64,000 bases of DNA, from positions 1-64,000 of the IMG/VR virus record IMGVR_UViG_2857089846_000001; one strand, given 5' to 3'. This stretch comes from a virus. Taxonomy: Duplodnaviria; Caudoviricetes. The translations under genes and the position numbers were made by a program. The notes under the pieces are model-generated. The model searched no databases. It saw only the letters and a list, made by a program, of their open reading frames with translations, and was not told the DNA's origin. Of the stretch, positions 28,918 to 38,454 are shown in pieces (positions within the stretch are counted from its first letter, which is position 1; every line of letters starts with the position of its first letter).

Positions 28918-30492
28918 TCAGGCGGTAAGCGCCGGGGCCTTCGGTGCCGCGGGCAGCACGGGCGCGAGGAGCTTTGCCACGGAGACCAGGGTTCGGTCCG
29001 ACAAGTACGGGCCGATGAGCTGGATCGACATGGGCAGGCCCTCGGCTGTCTTACCCACGGGCAACACGAGCGAGGGCAGACCCACCGGGCTGGCCAGGTT
29101 GATCCAGCTCGTCTGGGCGAAGTACGACCGCTTCTCCCCGTCGACGGTGATGTACCGCTGCGGGACGGGCACGGACGTCTGATCGAGGACGGCGGCAGTC
29201 GGCGCTGCCGGGGTGATGAGGATGTCGTGCTCAGTGAAGTAGTCGGCCCAGATGCCGCGGAGCTTCTGCCGGTCCTCATCGGCGCGCGCCCAGTCCCGGT
29301 GCCGCATGGTGCGGGACTTGAGGAACAGGGCGGCGGGGTCGTCGTCGGCCATGGCGTCGGCGGCCTTGATCTCGTCGGCGAACCCGGCGTCCGTTGCGGT
29401 CGCCGAGGCGGTCGCGTACAGGAGTCGCTGGAACAGGATGTCGCTCGTGGCCATGTCCACGGGCCGGGTGGAGTTGTCGATGATGGCGCCGGCCGTGCGC
29501 AGGGCCGTGGCGACCTGGTTCAGCAGGTTGCGGGTGGCGGAGTCGACACCGCAGTAGGCGTCGTCGGCCCAGATGCCGACGCGGTACTGGCTGAGGCGCG
29601 TCTTGGTGGGCGCGGGCAGGCGGATCTTCCACGCGGCGCTGTCGGCCGGGGACGGTGCGGCGAGCACGTCCAGGAGGAGGGCGAGGTCCGCCGCGGTGCG
29701 GGCGATGGGGCCGAGGGTGACCATGTCGGAACTGGTCAGCCAGTCCGGTGGGCGAGGGATGTGGCCGCGGGTCGGCACGATCGGCGAGGCGCCGCGGGAA
29801 GTCCGCAGCGCGTACACGCCGCAGTACGCGGCCGGGAGGCGCAGGGAGCCCGCGAGGTCGGAGCCGACTTCAAGGGGGGTCAGTCCCGCGGCGACGGCGG
29901 CGGCCGGCCCGCCGGAGGAGCCGCCCGCAGTGCGGTCCTCGGCGAAGGGGTTCTTGGTCTTGCCGAAGATGGGGTTGCTGGTCTGGATGTCCTGGCACAG
30001 CGTCGGGACGTTGGTCTTGCCGATGATGATGGCGCCGGCGGCGCGCAGGAGCGCGACGGCGTCGGCGTCCGTGTCCGGGACGTGGTCGGTGAGGTCGGTG
30101 GACCCGCACGTGGTGCGCATCCCCTTGGTCTCCAACGCGTCCTTCACGGTCAGGGGCAGGCCGTGTAGCGGGCCCAGCGTCCGGCCGGTCGCTGCGAGGT
30201 ACTTATCGGCTTTGTCGGCGGCGGCGCGCGCGCCCTCGATGTCGAGGGTGACGACCGCGTTGAGGCCCGGGTTGACCCTTGCGTGGTGCTCCAGCAGCTG
30301 GTCGAGCAGCGCGCGGCTGGATATCTGACGGTTGCGCAGGGCACTGACCTGCGTGCGTGCGGGGGCGAGGTGCATCTGGCCGGTGCCGCCGCCGGCGGCG
30401 GCGGGCTTCGTCTCGGCTGCGGCGGCGGTGCGCGGCAGACCGATGACGCTTGCAGCGGCCGCGGAGGCGGCGAGGAGGCTGCGACGGGACAT
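28918..30492 (-). CDS. Tat-exported amidase (amidase signature family)
   Basis: SRRSLL Tat signal; LTVKD, GGSSGG, GSDLAGSLRLP (Ser-cisSer-Lys triad motifs). Confidence 0.9.
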   Translation of the reverse strand: MSRRSLLAASAAAASVIGLPRTAAAAETKPAAAGGGTGQMHLAPARTQVSALRNRQISSRALLDQLLEHHARVNPGLNAVVTLDIEGARAAADKADKYLAATGRTLGPLHGLPLTVKDALETKGMRTTCGSTDLTDHVPDTDADAVALLRAAGAIIIGKTNVPTLCQDIQTSNPIFGKTKNPFAEDRTAGGSSGGPAAAVAAGLTPLEVGSDLAGSLRLPAAYCGVYALRTSRGASPIVPTRGHIPRPPDWLTSSDMVTLGPIARTAADLALLLDVLAAPSPADSAAWKIRLPAPTKTRLSQYRVGIWADDAYCGVDSATRNLLNQVATALRTAGAIIDNSTRPVDMATSDILFQRLLYATASATATDAGFADEIKAADAMADDDPAALFLKSRTMRHRDWARADEDRQKLRGIWADYFTEHDILITPAAPTAAVLDQTSVPVPQRYITVDGEKRSYFAQTSWINLASPVGLPSLVLPVGKTAEGLPMSIQLIGPYLSDRTLVSVAKLLAPVLPAAPKAPALTA

Positions 30493-31715
30493 CACGTACT
30501 GGCTCCATGGTTGGCGCTGGGGGCGAGCGAATCGGAAGGAGTCTCCGGCCCGGGTGCAGCAAAGAACGAAGCGACACGCAGGAGGTGCGCCTGCTCAGCC
30601 TCGACCGTGTCGAGGGTGAGAGCAGCGTCGGCGAAATCCGCCGGTTCGGCGACCGGCTTGCCCCGTCCGAGGAGCACGATCGCGTGCCGCAGCTGGTCGG
30701 CGGTGACGGCCGCGGCGAGCTTCTCCCCGGTGAGGCCTTCCTGACGGCGGCAGGCCTCGGCCTCGGTACGGACCGCGGAGGACAGGTACGGCCGCAAAGC
30801 GACCTGTCCGTCGCGGATCTCGGTGCGGCGACGGATCAGGGGAAAGTGGATGCTCTCCCGCTTGCGCAGGTAGTCCCGCTGGGGCGTCGGCTCGATGAGG
30901 ACGATGCTCGGGTCTGCGTGCACCAGCGCCGCCCACAGCCTGTCGAGACGGGCGTAGCTGTAGTGCTCGTAGGCGAAGGTGTACAGCGCCCTGGCGCGGA
31001 TGGCGAGGACCGGAAGGAAGTACCCGATCTGAGTCAGGGTGGCGCCGATGTCGCCGCAGGCCCACGCGAACTCGTTGAGGTGCTGGACAGTGAAGCCGAC
31101 TTCTGCCCCGACGATGGCCGCGATGCGGATGCCGCTGTAGCCGAGGGTGATGATGGCGCCGACCGTGACGAGGCGCAGGCCGACGGCGATGGACCGGGTG
31201 GAGGCGTTGCGGGCGTACTTCCAGCAGGCGCGGGCCAGGTAGATTTCCGCGGCCGTGTACGTGCCGAAGTACAGCAGGACGTACGCCTGGTAGAAGGGGT
31301 CGTGCGCGTAGTACGTCGCGAAGTCCACGGGCCGCTGGGTGGCCGGGGTGAGCAGCGTGAACAGGACGGCCATGCCGACGATGACCACGCCGCCCGTGAT
31401 GAGCAGCTTCCGGGAGCGGTAGCGGGCCTCCTCCGGCGGCTTCGACCAGTACGCGATGACGCTGCACTGGAGTGCCAGGACGGCGATCACGAAGGACTGC
31501 GCGATCGGTACGACGATGTTGGGGACTCCGAAGAAGCCGTCGACGCGCACCCATACCCACGTGATGGATACGGCGTAGCTGAGGGCGGAGGCAAGGAACG
31601 CGGCGGCGAGGGCGACCAGGGCGCGGTCGCGCCGGTCACGCCTGAGATCGCGGAGCAGGACGAGGAACCCTGTGCCCGCGATGACCAGGCACAGGGGGTG
31701 GAGGATGTCTTTCAA
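30492..31715 (-). CDS. MAB_1171c-family membrane protein (DUF6545-like C-terminus)
   Basis: About 7 TM helices followed by RRRTEIRDG..LRPY. Confidence 0.8.
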   Translation of the reverse strand: MKDILHPLCLVIAGTGFLVLLRDLRRDRRDRALVALAAAFLASALSYAVSITWVWVRVDGFFGVPNIVVPIAQSFVIAVLALQCSVIAYWSKPPEEARYRSRKLLITGGVVIVGMAVLFTLLTPATQRPVDFATYYAHDPFYQAYVLLYFGTYTAAEIYLARACWKYARNASTRSIAVGLRLVTVGAIITLGYSGIRIAAIVGAEVGFTVQHLNEFAWACGDIGATLTQIGYFLPVLAIRARALYTFAYEHYSYARLDRLWAALVHADPSIVLIEPTPQRDYLRKRESIHFPLIRRRTEIRDGQVALRPYLSSAVRTEAEACRRQEGLTGEKLAAAVTADQLRHAIVLLGRGKPVAEPADFADAALTLDTVEAEQAHLLRVASFFAAPGPETPSDSLAPSANHGAST

Positions 31716-32299
31716 CGGAACCTTCGCAGGAGCGTGCGGGATATGGGGTCGTCTCGGTCCTGGAGGCCCGAGTGGCTTGAGTGGACGTGCTCCAGGAGGA
31801 GAGAGCCGATGGTCTCGGCATCCGCTTCGTCGGGTTCGGTGTAGCGGGTACGGCCGACGAGCATCCGGATCAGAGCTGGGGTCATGTCGGGCAGCACCCC
31901 GCCGAGGGTGCCGACGCCGGCGAGGAGCTCGTCATCCACGGTGCGGTGGCGCAGCAGGATGTGGCCGAGCTCGTGGCCGATGATGCCGTCGGAGTGGGCA
32001 CGGCTGGTCGTGGCGTCGTAGAAGATGTGGTCGGCCGTGTCGGTCGCGAGCCAGAGGCCGCACGGGGCCGAGGCATCCAGGGCCTCGGGGAAAGCCTTCG
32101 GGTCGGCGGGCATGAGTTTGATGGCGCGGCCGGTCCGCTGCTCCACGAAGGGCAGCAGGTCGTGGATGCTGCTGACCGGGGGGAGCTGGAGCTCGGCGAG
32201 GAAGTCGCGGACGCGCTGCTGGTCCTGCTCCTGCGCGCGGCGGCGCTCTTCGGCCTCCGATTCGGCTGCACGAGTCGCCGTGCGGCGGCGCTTCCACAT
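31712..32299 (-). CDS. HExxH ImmA/IrrE-like regulatory protein
   Basis: PCGLWL..HELGHILL..RTRY..E.DAE; start may be 32338. Confidence 0.75.
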   Translation of the reverse strand: MWKRRRTATRAAESEAEERRRAQEQDQQRVRDFLAELQLPPVSSIHDLLPFVEQRTGRAIKLMPADPKAFPEALDASAPCGLWLATDTADHIFYDATTSRAHSDGIIGHELGHILLRHRTVDDELLAGVGTLGGVLPDMTPALIRMLVGRTRYTEPDEADAETIGSLLLEHVHSSHSGLQDRDDPISRTLLRRFR

Positions 32300-32343
32300 G
32301 GCGACTCCTTTCGCGAGCAGGAAGTGGGCGTTCCGCATCAGTA

Positions 32344-32850
32344 TCAGGCCGGGGTTTCCGGCGTTGAAGGCAGGCCCTCCATGGCTCGGGCCGCCTCGAC
32401 CATCTTCAGGAGTGCTTCCTGACTGGCCGGGGACAGGCCGGCGGCACGCATGGCGATGTTCTTCACGCCCTGGTCGTGCAGCTGCTGGACGAGGGAGAAC
32501 TGGGCCACGATGCGCTCGGTCACAGCGTCCTCGACGAAGTAGCCGGCCGGGACCTCGAAGAACCGGGCCAGCAGGCGCACCACGCGGATGGTGGGGTTCT
32601 CACCCGCAGGTCCACGCAGCTTGCCGATGTAGGCCGCAGTCAGAGTGCCCTGGCCGTAGGACGAGATCGTCTCGGCTACGTAGGTATGAAGGAACTCGCC
32701 GGTGCGCGGGTTCGTCTTGGCCGGGTCGCCGTCCCGGGGACGCAGGACATCAAACAGGTAGTTGAGTCGCTCGGCGAACGTCGAGCCAGGTCCGGGCGCA
32801 GGGACTAGGTCCCGCGTCTTTTCGGCATCCTGAGCTTTCCGGTACGGCAT
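32344..32850 (-). CDS. XRE/EspR-like HTH regulator
   Basis: FAERLNYLF..YIGKLRG..NPT..LARFFEVPAGYF..IAMRAAGLS. Confidence 0.8.
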   Translation of the reverse strand: MPYRKAQDAEKTRDLVPAPGPGSTFAERLNYLFDVLRPRDGDPAKTNPRTGEFLHTYVAETISSYGQGTLTAAYIGKLRGPAGENPTIRVVRLLARFFEVPAGYFVEDAVTERIVAQFSLVQQLHDQGVKNIAMRAAGLSPASQEALLKMVEAARAMEGLPSTPETPA

Positions 32851-32876
32851 CGATGGGCTGCTCTCCTCGGGCGTGC

Positions 32877-32942
32877 TAAACAATAGTTGACTATGCCACA
32901 GGCAAAGGGGAGCATCGGCAGGGCCAGGCGAACTATTGTTTA
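32877..32942. promoter_or_regulatory. AT-rich 12-bp inverted repeat, probable operator pair
   Basis: TAAACAATAGTT-N42-AACTATTGTTTA between divergent genes. Confidence 0.65.
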
Positions 32943-33026
32943 CTGACGAGTGATCGGGGGACTCACCGGGCCCCCGCTCGCGCACCACAGCACTGACCAG
33001 CAATACCGCAGGGGACGGAACGCACA

Positions 33027-33518
33027 GTGACCACCACGCCGGAGCATTGGACTCCGCCCGACGGCAGGCGCTTCGAGCCGTGGCTGACACTGCCCAAAGG
33101 CCCCTCGTTCCTCCTCAAGAGGCCCGCCCTGCCCAACGGCCTCGCCGTCACCCGGCGCACCCGCTTCCCCGTTCCTGCCAACGGCACCGCCGCCATCCAG
33201 GCGCGCACGGTCATCCGGCCCGTACTGATGCTCATGCTCGGCATCGGCGAGCTCGCGGAGACCCTCACCCGGCGAATCGAAACGTGCCTGTCCGAGCTGG
33301 TCGCCGTCGCCTACACCCACACCAGCGACGACCACTTGCTGTGCTCCGTATGGACGGACGCCGAGCACGCCTTCCTTTCCGTCGAGCACGACCAGCCCCT
33401 CCCGCAGGACGATGACTCGACCATGTACCTGCATGTCGTCAGAGCTCTCGCCGACGACTACGGCACCCACGTCTCCGAAGGCACCCATCAGACCTGGGTC
33501 GCTCTGCGCCGACCCTGA
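33027..33518 (+). CDS. HATPase_c/RsbW-like ATP-binding protein
   Basis: CLSELVA.A..H; LSVEHD; LHVVRALADDYG..TWV (degenerate N and G boxes). Confidence 0.65.
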   Translation: MTTTPEHWTPPDGRRFEPWLTLPKGPSFLLKRPALPNGLAVTRRTRFPVPANGTAAIQARTVIRPVLMLMLGIGELAETLTRRIETCLSELVAVAYTHTSDDHLLCSVWTDAEHAFLSVEHDQPLPQDDDSTMYLHVVRALADDYGTHVSEGTHQTWVALRRP

Positions 33519-33526
33519 GCCACGGG

Positions 33527-33543
33527 TGTTCCCCGCGGGAACA
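33527..33543. repeat. 17-bp palindrome, copy 2 (may double as a terminator)
   Basis: TGTTCCCCGCGGGAACA. Confidence 0.65.
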
Positions 33544-33560
33544 CCGTTCCCCGGCGCCCC

Positions 33561-34979
33561 TCACCGCGGCTCCGCCGCGGCTGGCGGGTGGAACTCCCAC
33601 GTCGCACCCGCGTGAGCACGCCGCACCTCCGAGAGCTCCTCGATCTCCGCCCACAGTTCCTCGCCCGAGCGGAACCTCGGCGCCTTCTCCATCGCAGCCC
33701 TGAGCTCGTCGGACGTGCACAGGACCCTGTCCGGCCGGGCATCGGCCAAGCCCCGCGGAACCCGCCGCGCCCTCCGCACCCCCTGCGGCACCGCCGCGCG
33801 CGCGGTCTCCCGCAACGATGCCGTCTGCGACCAGCGTTCCTCGGCCTCGCTCCGGCGCCGCGCCAGCCATCCCTGGTACCGGCCATCGTCGCTCGCGGCC
33901 TGGCGGTACGGGGCCACCGAGCCGTCCGGCAGGAACAGTGCCCCGGAGTTCACCCGGCGGCGGATCTCCGACCGGACGTAGGACGCCACGTGCCGGGGCC
34001 GAAGTGGAACGCTCCAGCGGGCGAGCTCGCGAGCCACTTCCTCACCCGACCAGCCAGCGGCGAAGAACGGCCGCAGGGCGAACGCGAGCTGCCGCCGGCA
34101 GGAGCTCTGAGCCCACCAGGTGTGCAGCGCGACGAACTCGCTCTGAGCCATCGCGTACGCGGCCTGCCTCGGGGTCCAGCCCGTCGAACCCTTGGCTCGG
34201 TGCGTGAGTGATGTCTGCGAACGTGCCGCGCGCCGGCGCGGCCTGTCTTTAAACCCCCCATCAACAGAACGGGAAGTACGTGGCTGAGGTACCACAACAG
34301 AAGGGGTGCACGAACCCGCGTTATCCACAGGACTCTGGGAGCTCCCGCGAGCCCGGTCCTCGTGCCGGTCGCGGGCATCGCCGATGGCCCGTTCCCTGCC
34401 CGCGTCCGTGACGCCCTGGAGGCGCGCGCCGTACCCCTCGCCCTCGATCCGGTGCCCCATCGCCTCGTCCCACGCCGGCGGCGCGACCGGGGCGTAGATG
34501 GTCGCCGTGCGCTTGAACCCGACGCCTGGACCGAACGCGTCACCGAGGCGAGTGCGTAGCGCGTTGCGCTGCGAGCTCCCCTGTTCCGCCCAGGCCAGCA
34601 AACCCAGCTCCCGCAGGATCTGAACGTGCATGGCGATGCACCGCTTCGACAGACGGAGCCGCTGCACCATGCCCGCAAGGCAGTAGGCCACGGTGCCGTC
34701 CTTGCTGCGCGGCATCCGGTCGGCGATGTCCTCGGCGACCAGGATCGTGGTCGCGTTGGCGCCCTTGCGGAAGCCCCCCGCCACCATGCAGGTCACCGCG
34801 CGCAGCCATTCCCCGCGGCGGCGGATGCGGCGCGAGCGTGTACGGCTGACCCACTGCTCGGCTTCGGAGCGCACGAGCGAGAAGCCGAGGACAGCAGTCT
34901 CGGCGGGGGCATCCGCGTCATTCATTTGTCGGCGCGTCGCCGGGATGGGCTGGCAGCGCGCGCGGGCATGAGGCATCAT
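33561..34979 (-). CDS. Putative plasmid-type replication initiator (wHTH)
   Basis: wHTH MVQRLRLSKRCIAMHVQILRELGLLAW followed by RTATIYAP; long upstream control region; start uncertain (34925-34979). Confidence 0.5.
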   Translation of the reverse strand: MMPHARARCQPIPATRRQMNDADAPAETAVLGFSLVRSEAEQWVSRTRSRRIRRRGEWLRAVTCMVAGGFRKGANATTILVAEDIADRMPRSKDGTVAYCLAGMVQRLRLSKRCIAMHVQILRELGLLAWAEQGSSQRNALRTRLGDAFGPGVGFKRTATIYAPVAPPAWDEAMGHRIEGEGYGARLQGVTDAGRERAIGDARDRHEDRARGSSQSPVDNAGSCTPSVVVPQPRTSRSVDGGFKDRPRRRAARSQTSLTHRAKGSTGWTPRQAAYAMAQSEFVALHTWWAQSSCRRQLAFALRPFFAAGWSGEEVARELARWSVPLRPRHVASYVRSEIRRRVNSGALFLPDGSVAPYRQAASDDGRYQGWLARRRSEAEERWSQTASLRETARAAVPQGVRRARRVPRGLADARPDRVLCTSDELRAAMEKAPRFRSGEELWAEIEELSEVRRAHAGATWEFHPPAAAEPR

Positions 34980-35403
34980 GACTCCGTGCTCTTGGGGTTC
35001 TGAGAGCGCAAAAGGACCCTCAGCGATGGGGGTTCGGGAGGAACCCGGTGAAACCGCGCATAACGCGCGGGGAGCCAACGGGCCTGGTCAAAGGCCCGAG
35101 TAACGAAACGGCCGAGAGCTCGACGCCACATCGAGCGAACAGCCTGGAGGACTGGTCAGGGCGAACCCGCGCCACACGGGAACGGCCCACTCACAGACCC
35201 TCCGCAGCGAGTTAGGTCACGACGACCTCCACAGGGGGAGCGATAGGCAGAGGAGACGGACCGCACTCACCAAACGCACTTGGGCCCACCGGAAGCCGGC
35301 GCACGACGCGCCACCCGGTGGGCCTGCTTGTTGCGTGATCCCGCCTGGAGGCGGGTACATTGGTGGTCATCGAGACCGATCCTCTATGTAGGTCTCCCGA
35401 ATG

Positions 35404-35468
35404 AGCCCCGCCGGGTGCTCCGCTGCGAAGGTTGGACGCCTCATTTGCAGCCGAGCGGCGGGGCTTTT
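35404..35468 (+). terminator. Long hairpin with T-run, antisense to the rep leader
   Basis: gagccccgcc..ggcggggct followed by tttc. Confidence 0.5.
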
Positions 35469-35614
35469 CGGTTGTATGGGTCTGGTACTCGGCGCCACCA
35501 CCGACCCGCACGCTGGGGGCAGGATACTGACGACGGTATTCGTGGGGACAGACTAGACCTTTGCGTCCCCCAGCTGGGCCATCTTGACTGGCGCGCCGTG
35601 TCGCTGACGTGTAG

Positions 35615-36166
35615 TCACCCTGGTCGACTCCGGCGCGCGAACCGTTCGGATGCCTGCTCGGCCTGGTACTCGGCGAGCTCCTGGTCACAGTGGTAGCTCA
35701 CCGGCAGATCCTCCCGGGTGTCCCAGATCGCCCACGGGAGCGGCCTTCCCTTGTACCGCTGGCCGTCCTCCGGCCGGTGCCGGACCTCGTACCGCGGCCC
35801 CGGCAACCGCCGGTCGCCCAGCGGGCCTGCCGAGCGGAACAGGCTCATGATCCGCTCCTCCGTGGCAGGAGAGGCCGACTCGGGCTCGGCAAGGGCGGGC
35901 GAGGAGTGCGGCGGAGCGGGCCAGGTGTTGGTGTCGAGGCCCACGGCCGCGAGCTCCGGCAGCGGCGTTCCGGTGCTGCGCGCCAGCAGGTAGGCGCGCT
36001 GCTCCTCGGCCGTGCCGAGCCGGCGCTCGCCGAGGAGGATGTGCGCACCCATGAGCTCGGCCGCGAGCTGCGCCGCCTCGCCGTCCAGGCCGTCCATCTG
36101 AGCGGCTCTCAGGCGGCGCACCATGCGTGTGCGCCAGGTGCTGAAGCCGCCGAGGTCCGCGTTCAT
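35615..36166 (-). CDS. Hypothetical protein
   Basis: Protein-like ORF; PWAIWDT. Confidence 0.65.
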   Translation of the reverse strand: MNADLGGFSTWRTRMVRRLRAAQMDGLDGEAAQLAAELMGAHILLGERRLGTAEEQRAYLLARSTGTPLPELAAVGLDTNTWPAPPHSSPALAEPESASPATEERIMSLFRSAGPLGDRRLPGPRYEVRHRPEDGQRYKGRPLPWAIWDTREDLPVSYHCDQELAEYQAEQASERFARRSRPG

Positions 36167-36256
36167 CCGTCCATTCCCGAGTCGCCAGGTTGTTGGGCCT
36201 GCTCGTAGGTCTCGACGCGCCTACCCTGGAAGGCGTTCCGAGGCACCAGTTTTCAC

Positions 36257-36366
36257 GATAACCGGCCCCAGGCCCCCCGTCTCCCAACTGCGCCTTTTCG
36301 ATGCGCGAGGGCCGGGCCGCGCGCACGCGCGGGCACCTGAGAACAGCAGGCCTGGGGCCGGTTATC
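36257..36366. repeat. Perfect 18-bp inverted repeat enclosing 74 bp
   Basis: gataaccggccccaggcc / ggcctggggccggttatc. Confidence 0.8.
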
Positions 36367-36372
36367 AATCGT

Positions 36373-36753
36373 TCAGTCCGACCCATCGGGCACCTCGCCA
36401 GCGTAAATCTCCGCGATGTCGCGGTTGGTCAGGGGGATGCCGAACTGGTCGATGTCGTGGAGGGCATCAGGGTGGTCCGGGTCGCTGGGGAGGAGGTCGA
36501 AGCGGTAGCGGGAGAGCGCGCCGCGCGCGGCCTCCAGCCGCTCACGGTCGATCCCGAACTCGGCGGCCACCACGTCGAAGCTCTCGCGCAGCGCGTCGTC
36601 CACGCTCATGTGGCGGCGGGCGTTGACCTCCCGGGTCTGGAAGATGCGGTCCTCGACGTCCTCGTGGAAGACCACGTCCAGCGGGCCCTTGTACCAGCCT
36701 GAGAGGTACAGGGCCATCAGGTCGACGTCCGTCTCGCCGCTCGGGCGGGTCAC
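36373..36753 (-). CDS. Hypothetical acidic protein
   Basis: GTGA-coupled to the upstream gene. Confidence 0.65.
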   Translation of the reverse strand: MTRPSGETDVDLMALYLSGWYKGPLDVVFHEDVEDRIFQTREVNARRHMSVDDALRESFDVVAAEFGIDRERLEAARGALSRYRFDLLPSDPDHPDALHDIDQFGIPLTNRDIAEIYAGEVPDGSD

Positions 36754-36989
36754 GCGCGGGCCCCGTCGGGACGCATCTGCGGGAGCGGGTGCCGGCGGAC
36801 GCGCTTGAACAACACGTGCCCGGAACTCTCTTCGCGCCGCACGGTGATGCTGCCGCGGCGGCGGCCGGCGCGGAGCACCTTCTCCGCCTCGGCGGCCGGC
36901 AGCCCGATGCGCTGGGCGCTCTCGTCGGCGCGCAGCCAGGTCTCGAACGGCAGTCGGTTGATCTGGTCAGCCAGGCGGGCACCTTGCAT
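36750..36989 (-). CDS. Small wHTH-like protein
   Basis: RBS ggagg; SAQRIGLPAAEAEKVLRAGRRRG; preceded by the early motif (37052-37067) and an ACGAGCAA hairpin (37016-37032). Confidence 0.6.
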   Translation of the reverse strand: MQGARLADQINRLPFETWLRADESAQRIGLPAAEAEKVLRAGRRRGSITVRREESSGHVLFKRVRRHPLPQMRPDGARA

Positions 36990-37385
36990 GGTCGCCTCCC
37001 CCCTACTGGTTGGCTCTGGTTGCTCGTCCCAGGGCGATGACCACACACCATAGTGCACGCCACGTCCAGATTCAGCAGTGGCGGCGGCTCGGTGGCATGG
37101 CTGCCCTGAATCCGGAGAGAAGGACTCCGCGACACGCGAACGCTCTGTAACGGTTCCGTAACAGCCGTGGAGTGGTTGAGTGCTCGTCAGGCCCGGAAGG
37201 TGGGTGCAACGTCCCCTATTGCTCCGGTGCGAACAGGGATCAACCATCTCGTCCTCATGCAATGAACGCTTTTGCCGTGCAGCAGAAGTTTTCGATCTGT
37301 CGTGCGAATTGATGGTGGCGCACGTGTTCACGGCTGTCGGAAGATGGCGTTTCAGAGGCCGATCAAGACCGGGGAGCGAGGCGGC

Positions 37386-38087
37386 ATGCCGAAGACGCCC
37401 AGCGGCGAGACCACGTCGGGCCAGGGCGAGTTCGCGCACCCCCTGGAAGCCGCCGCCGCCATGGCGGCCGAGGACCCGACGAACAAGGCCGCCCTTGCCG
37501 AGCTGTTCAACGGCATGTACGAGCCGGTCGTTCGATTCATGCACGCGCGCATCCAAGACCCCGTCACCGCAGAGGACTTGGCGCAAGAGGTCTTCGTCAA
37601 GATCGTCCAGAACATCGGCGGCTACACCGGCGGCGGCGTCTTCGCGTGGGTGTGGCGGATCGCCCGCAACGTCTACAACGACTACTTCCGCCCGATGAAG
37701 AACCGCGGCATCGAACAGCCCACCGGCGACTTCTGGCATCTCGACGCCCCGAGCGCCGAGATGGGCCCGGAGGAGACCGCCGAATGGAGCGACCTCCGCC
37801 TGGCCATCAGGGGCAAGCTGGACAAACTGCCCGAAGCTCAGCACATGGTGCTTGCCCTCCGCATCACCTGCGGGTACTCCACCGCCGAGACTGCGGAGAT
37901 CATGGGCAAGCCAGTGGGTACCATTCGCGTATTGCAGTGCCGAGCACTAGCCAAACTCCGCGGATTGATGCCGGAATGTGACAGCAACCTGGCAACGTAT
38001 CTGCTGTCTGCTTCGAACACGGAGCAGGACGAGGACGCAGCTCCGGTGAAGCTGAGGGAGAAGAACGATGTTGGGTCGCAGGGATAG
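37386..38087 (+). CDS. ECF sigma-70 factor, BldN-like
   Basis: Region 2 AEDLAQEVF..AWVWRIARN; region 4 STAETAEIMGKPVGTIRVLQCRAL. Confidence 0.88.
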   Translation: MPKTPSGETTSGQGEFAHPLEAAAAMAAEDPTNKAALAELFNGMYEPVVRFMHARIQDPVTAEDLAQEVFVKIVQNIGGYTGGGVFAWVWRIARNVYNDYFRPMKNRGIEQPTGDFWHLDAPSAEMGPEETAEWSDLRLAIRGKLDKLPEAQHMVLALRITCGYSTAETAEIMGKPVGTIRVLQCRALAKLRGLMPECDSNLATYLLSASNTEQDEDAAPVKLREKNDVGSQG

Positions 38088-38454
38088 CGCCGTCGCAGCG
38101 CAGCTTGACCGCTGCCTGTCCGGCGACGCCGAGCCCGCAGGCCCCGAGATATCCGGCATGGTGATGGCCGCAGCAGCACTGCGCCCGCGTCGCCCCATCA
38201 GCGAGAGCGCCCGCCAGCGCGCGTTCGACGCGATGATGCGCGAGGCCGACCGGCAGGCCCGCGGCGCGCACGCCGACGCCGCGCACACCGAAGACCTCAC
38301 CGACCCAGGCGTCCACGCCCGCGTCGCCCAAGCCGGTCCCGGCATGCGCCTCAGTGTCGCCGACATCGAATCAATCGATGACGAGCGCCTGGAGGACATC
38401 GCCGCGCGTCTCGCGGCCCGTCTCGGCCAGAGCGCCCCGGACCGCAATCAGTGA
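38068..38454 (+). CDS. Putative anti-sigma/partner protein
   Basis: Overlaps the sigma gene stop; function inferred from context. Confidence 0.5.
   Translation: MLGRRDSAVAAQLDRCLSGDAEPAGPEISGMVMAAAALRPRRPISESARQRAFDAMMREADRQARGAHADAAHTEDLTDPGVHARVAQAGPGMRLSVADIESIDDERLEDIAARLAARLGQSAPDRNQ

Noticed and set aside
33525-33552. GTGTTCCCCGC resembles the start of an E. coli-type I-E CRISPR repeat
   Set aside because: No repeat-spacer periodicity; better explained as the dispersed 17-bp palindrome.
34857-34889. ACGAGCGA within a hairpin inside the rep-like gene
   Set aside because: Antisense within a CDS, different loop geometry, no CAACGCTCC box; not counted as a leader element.
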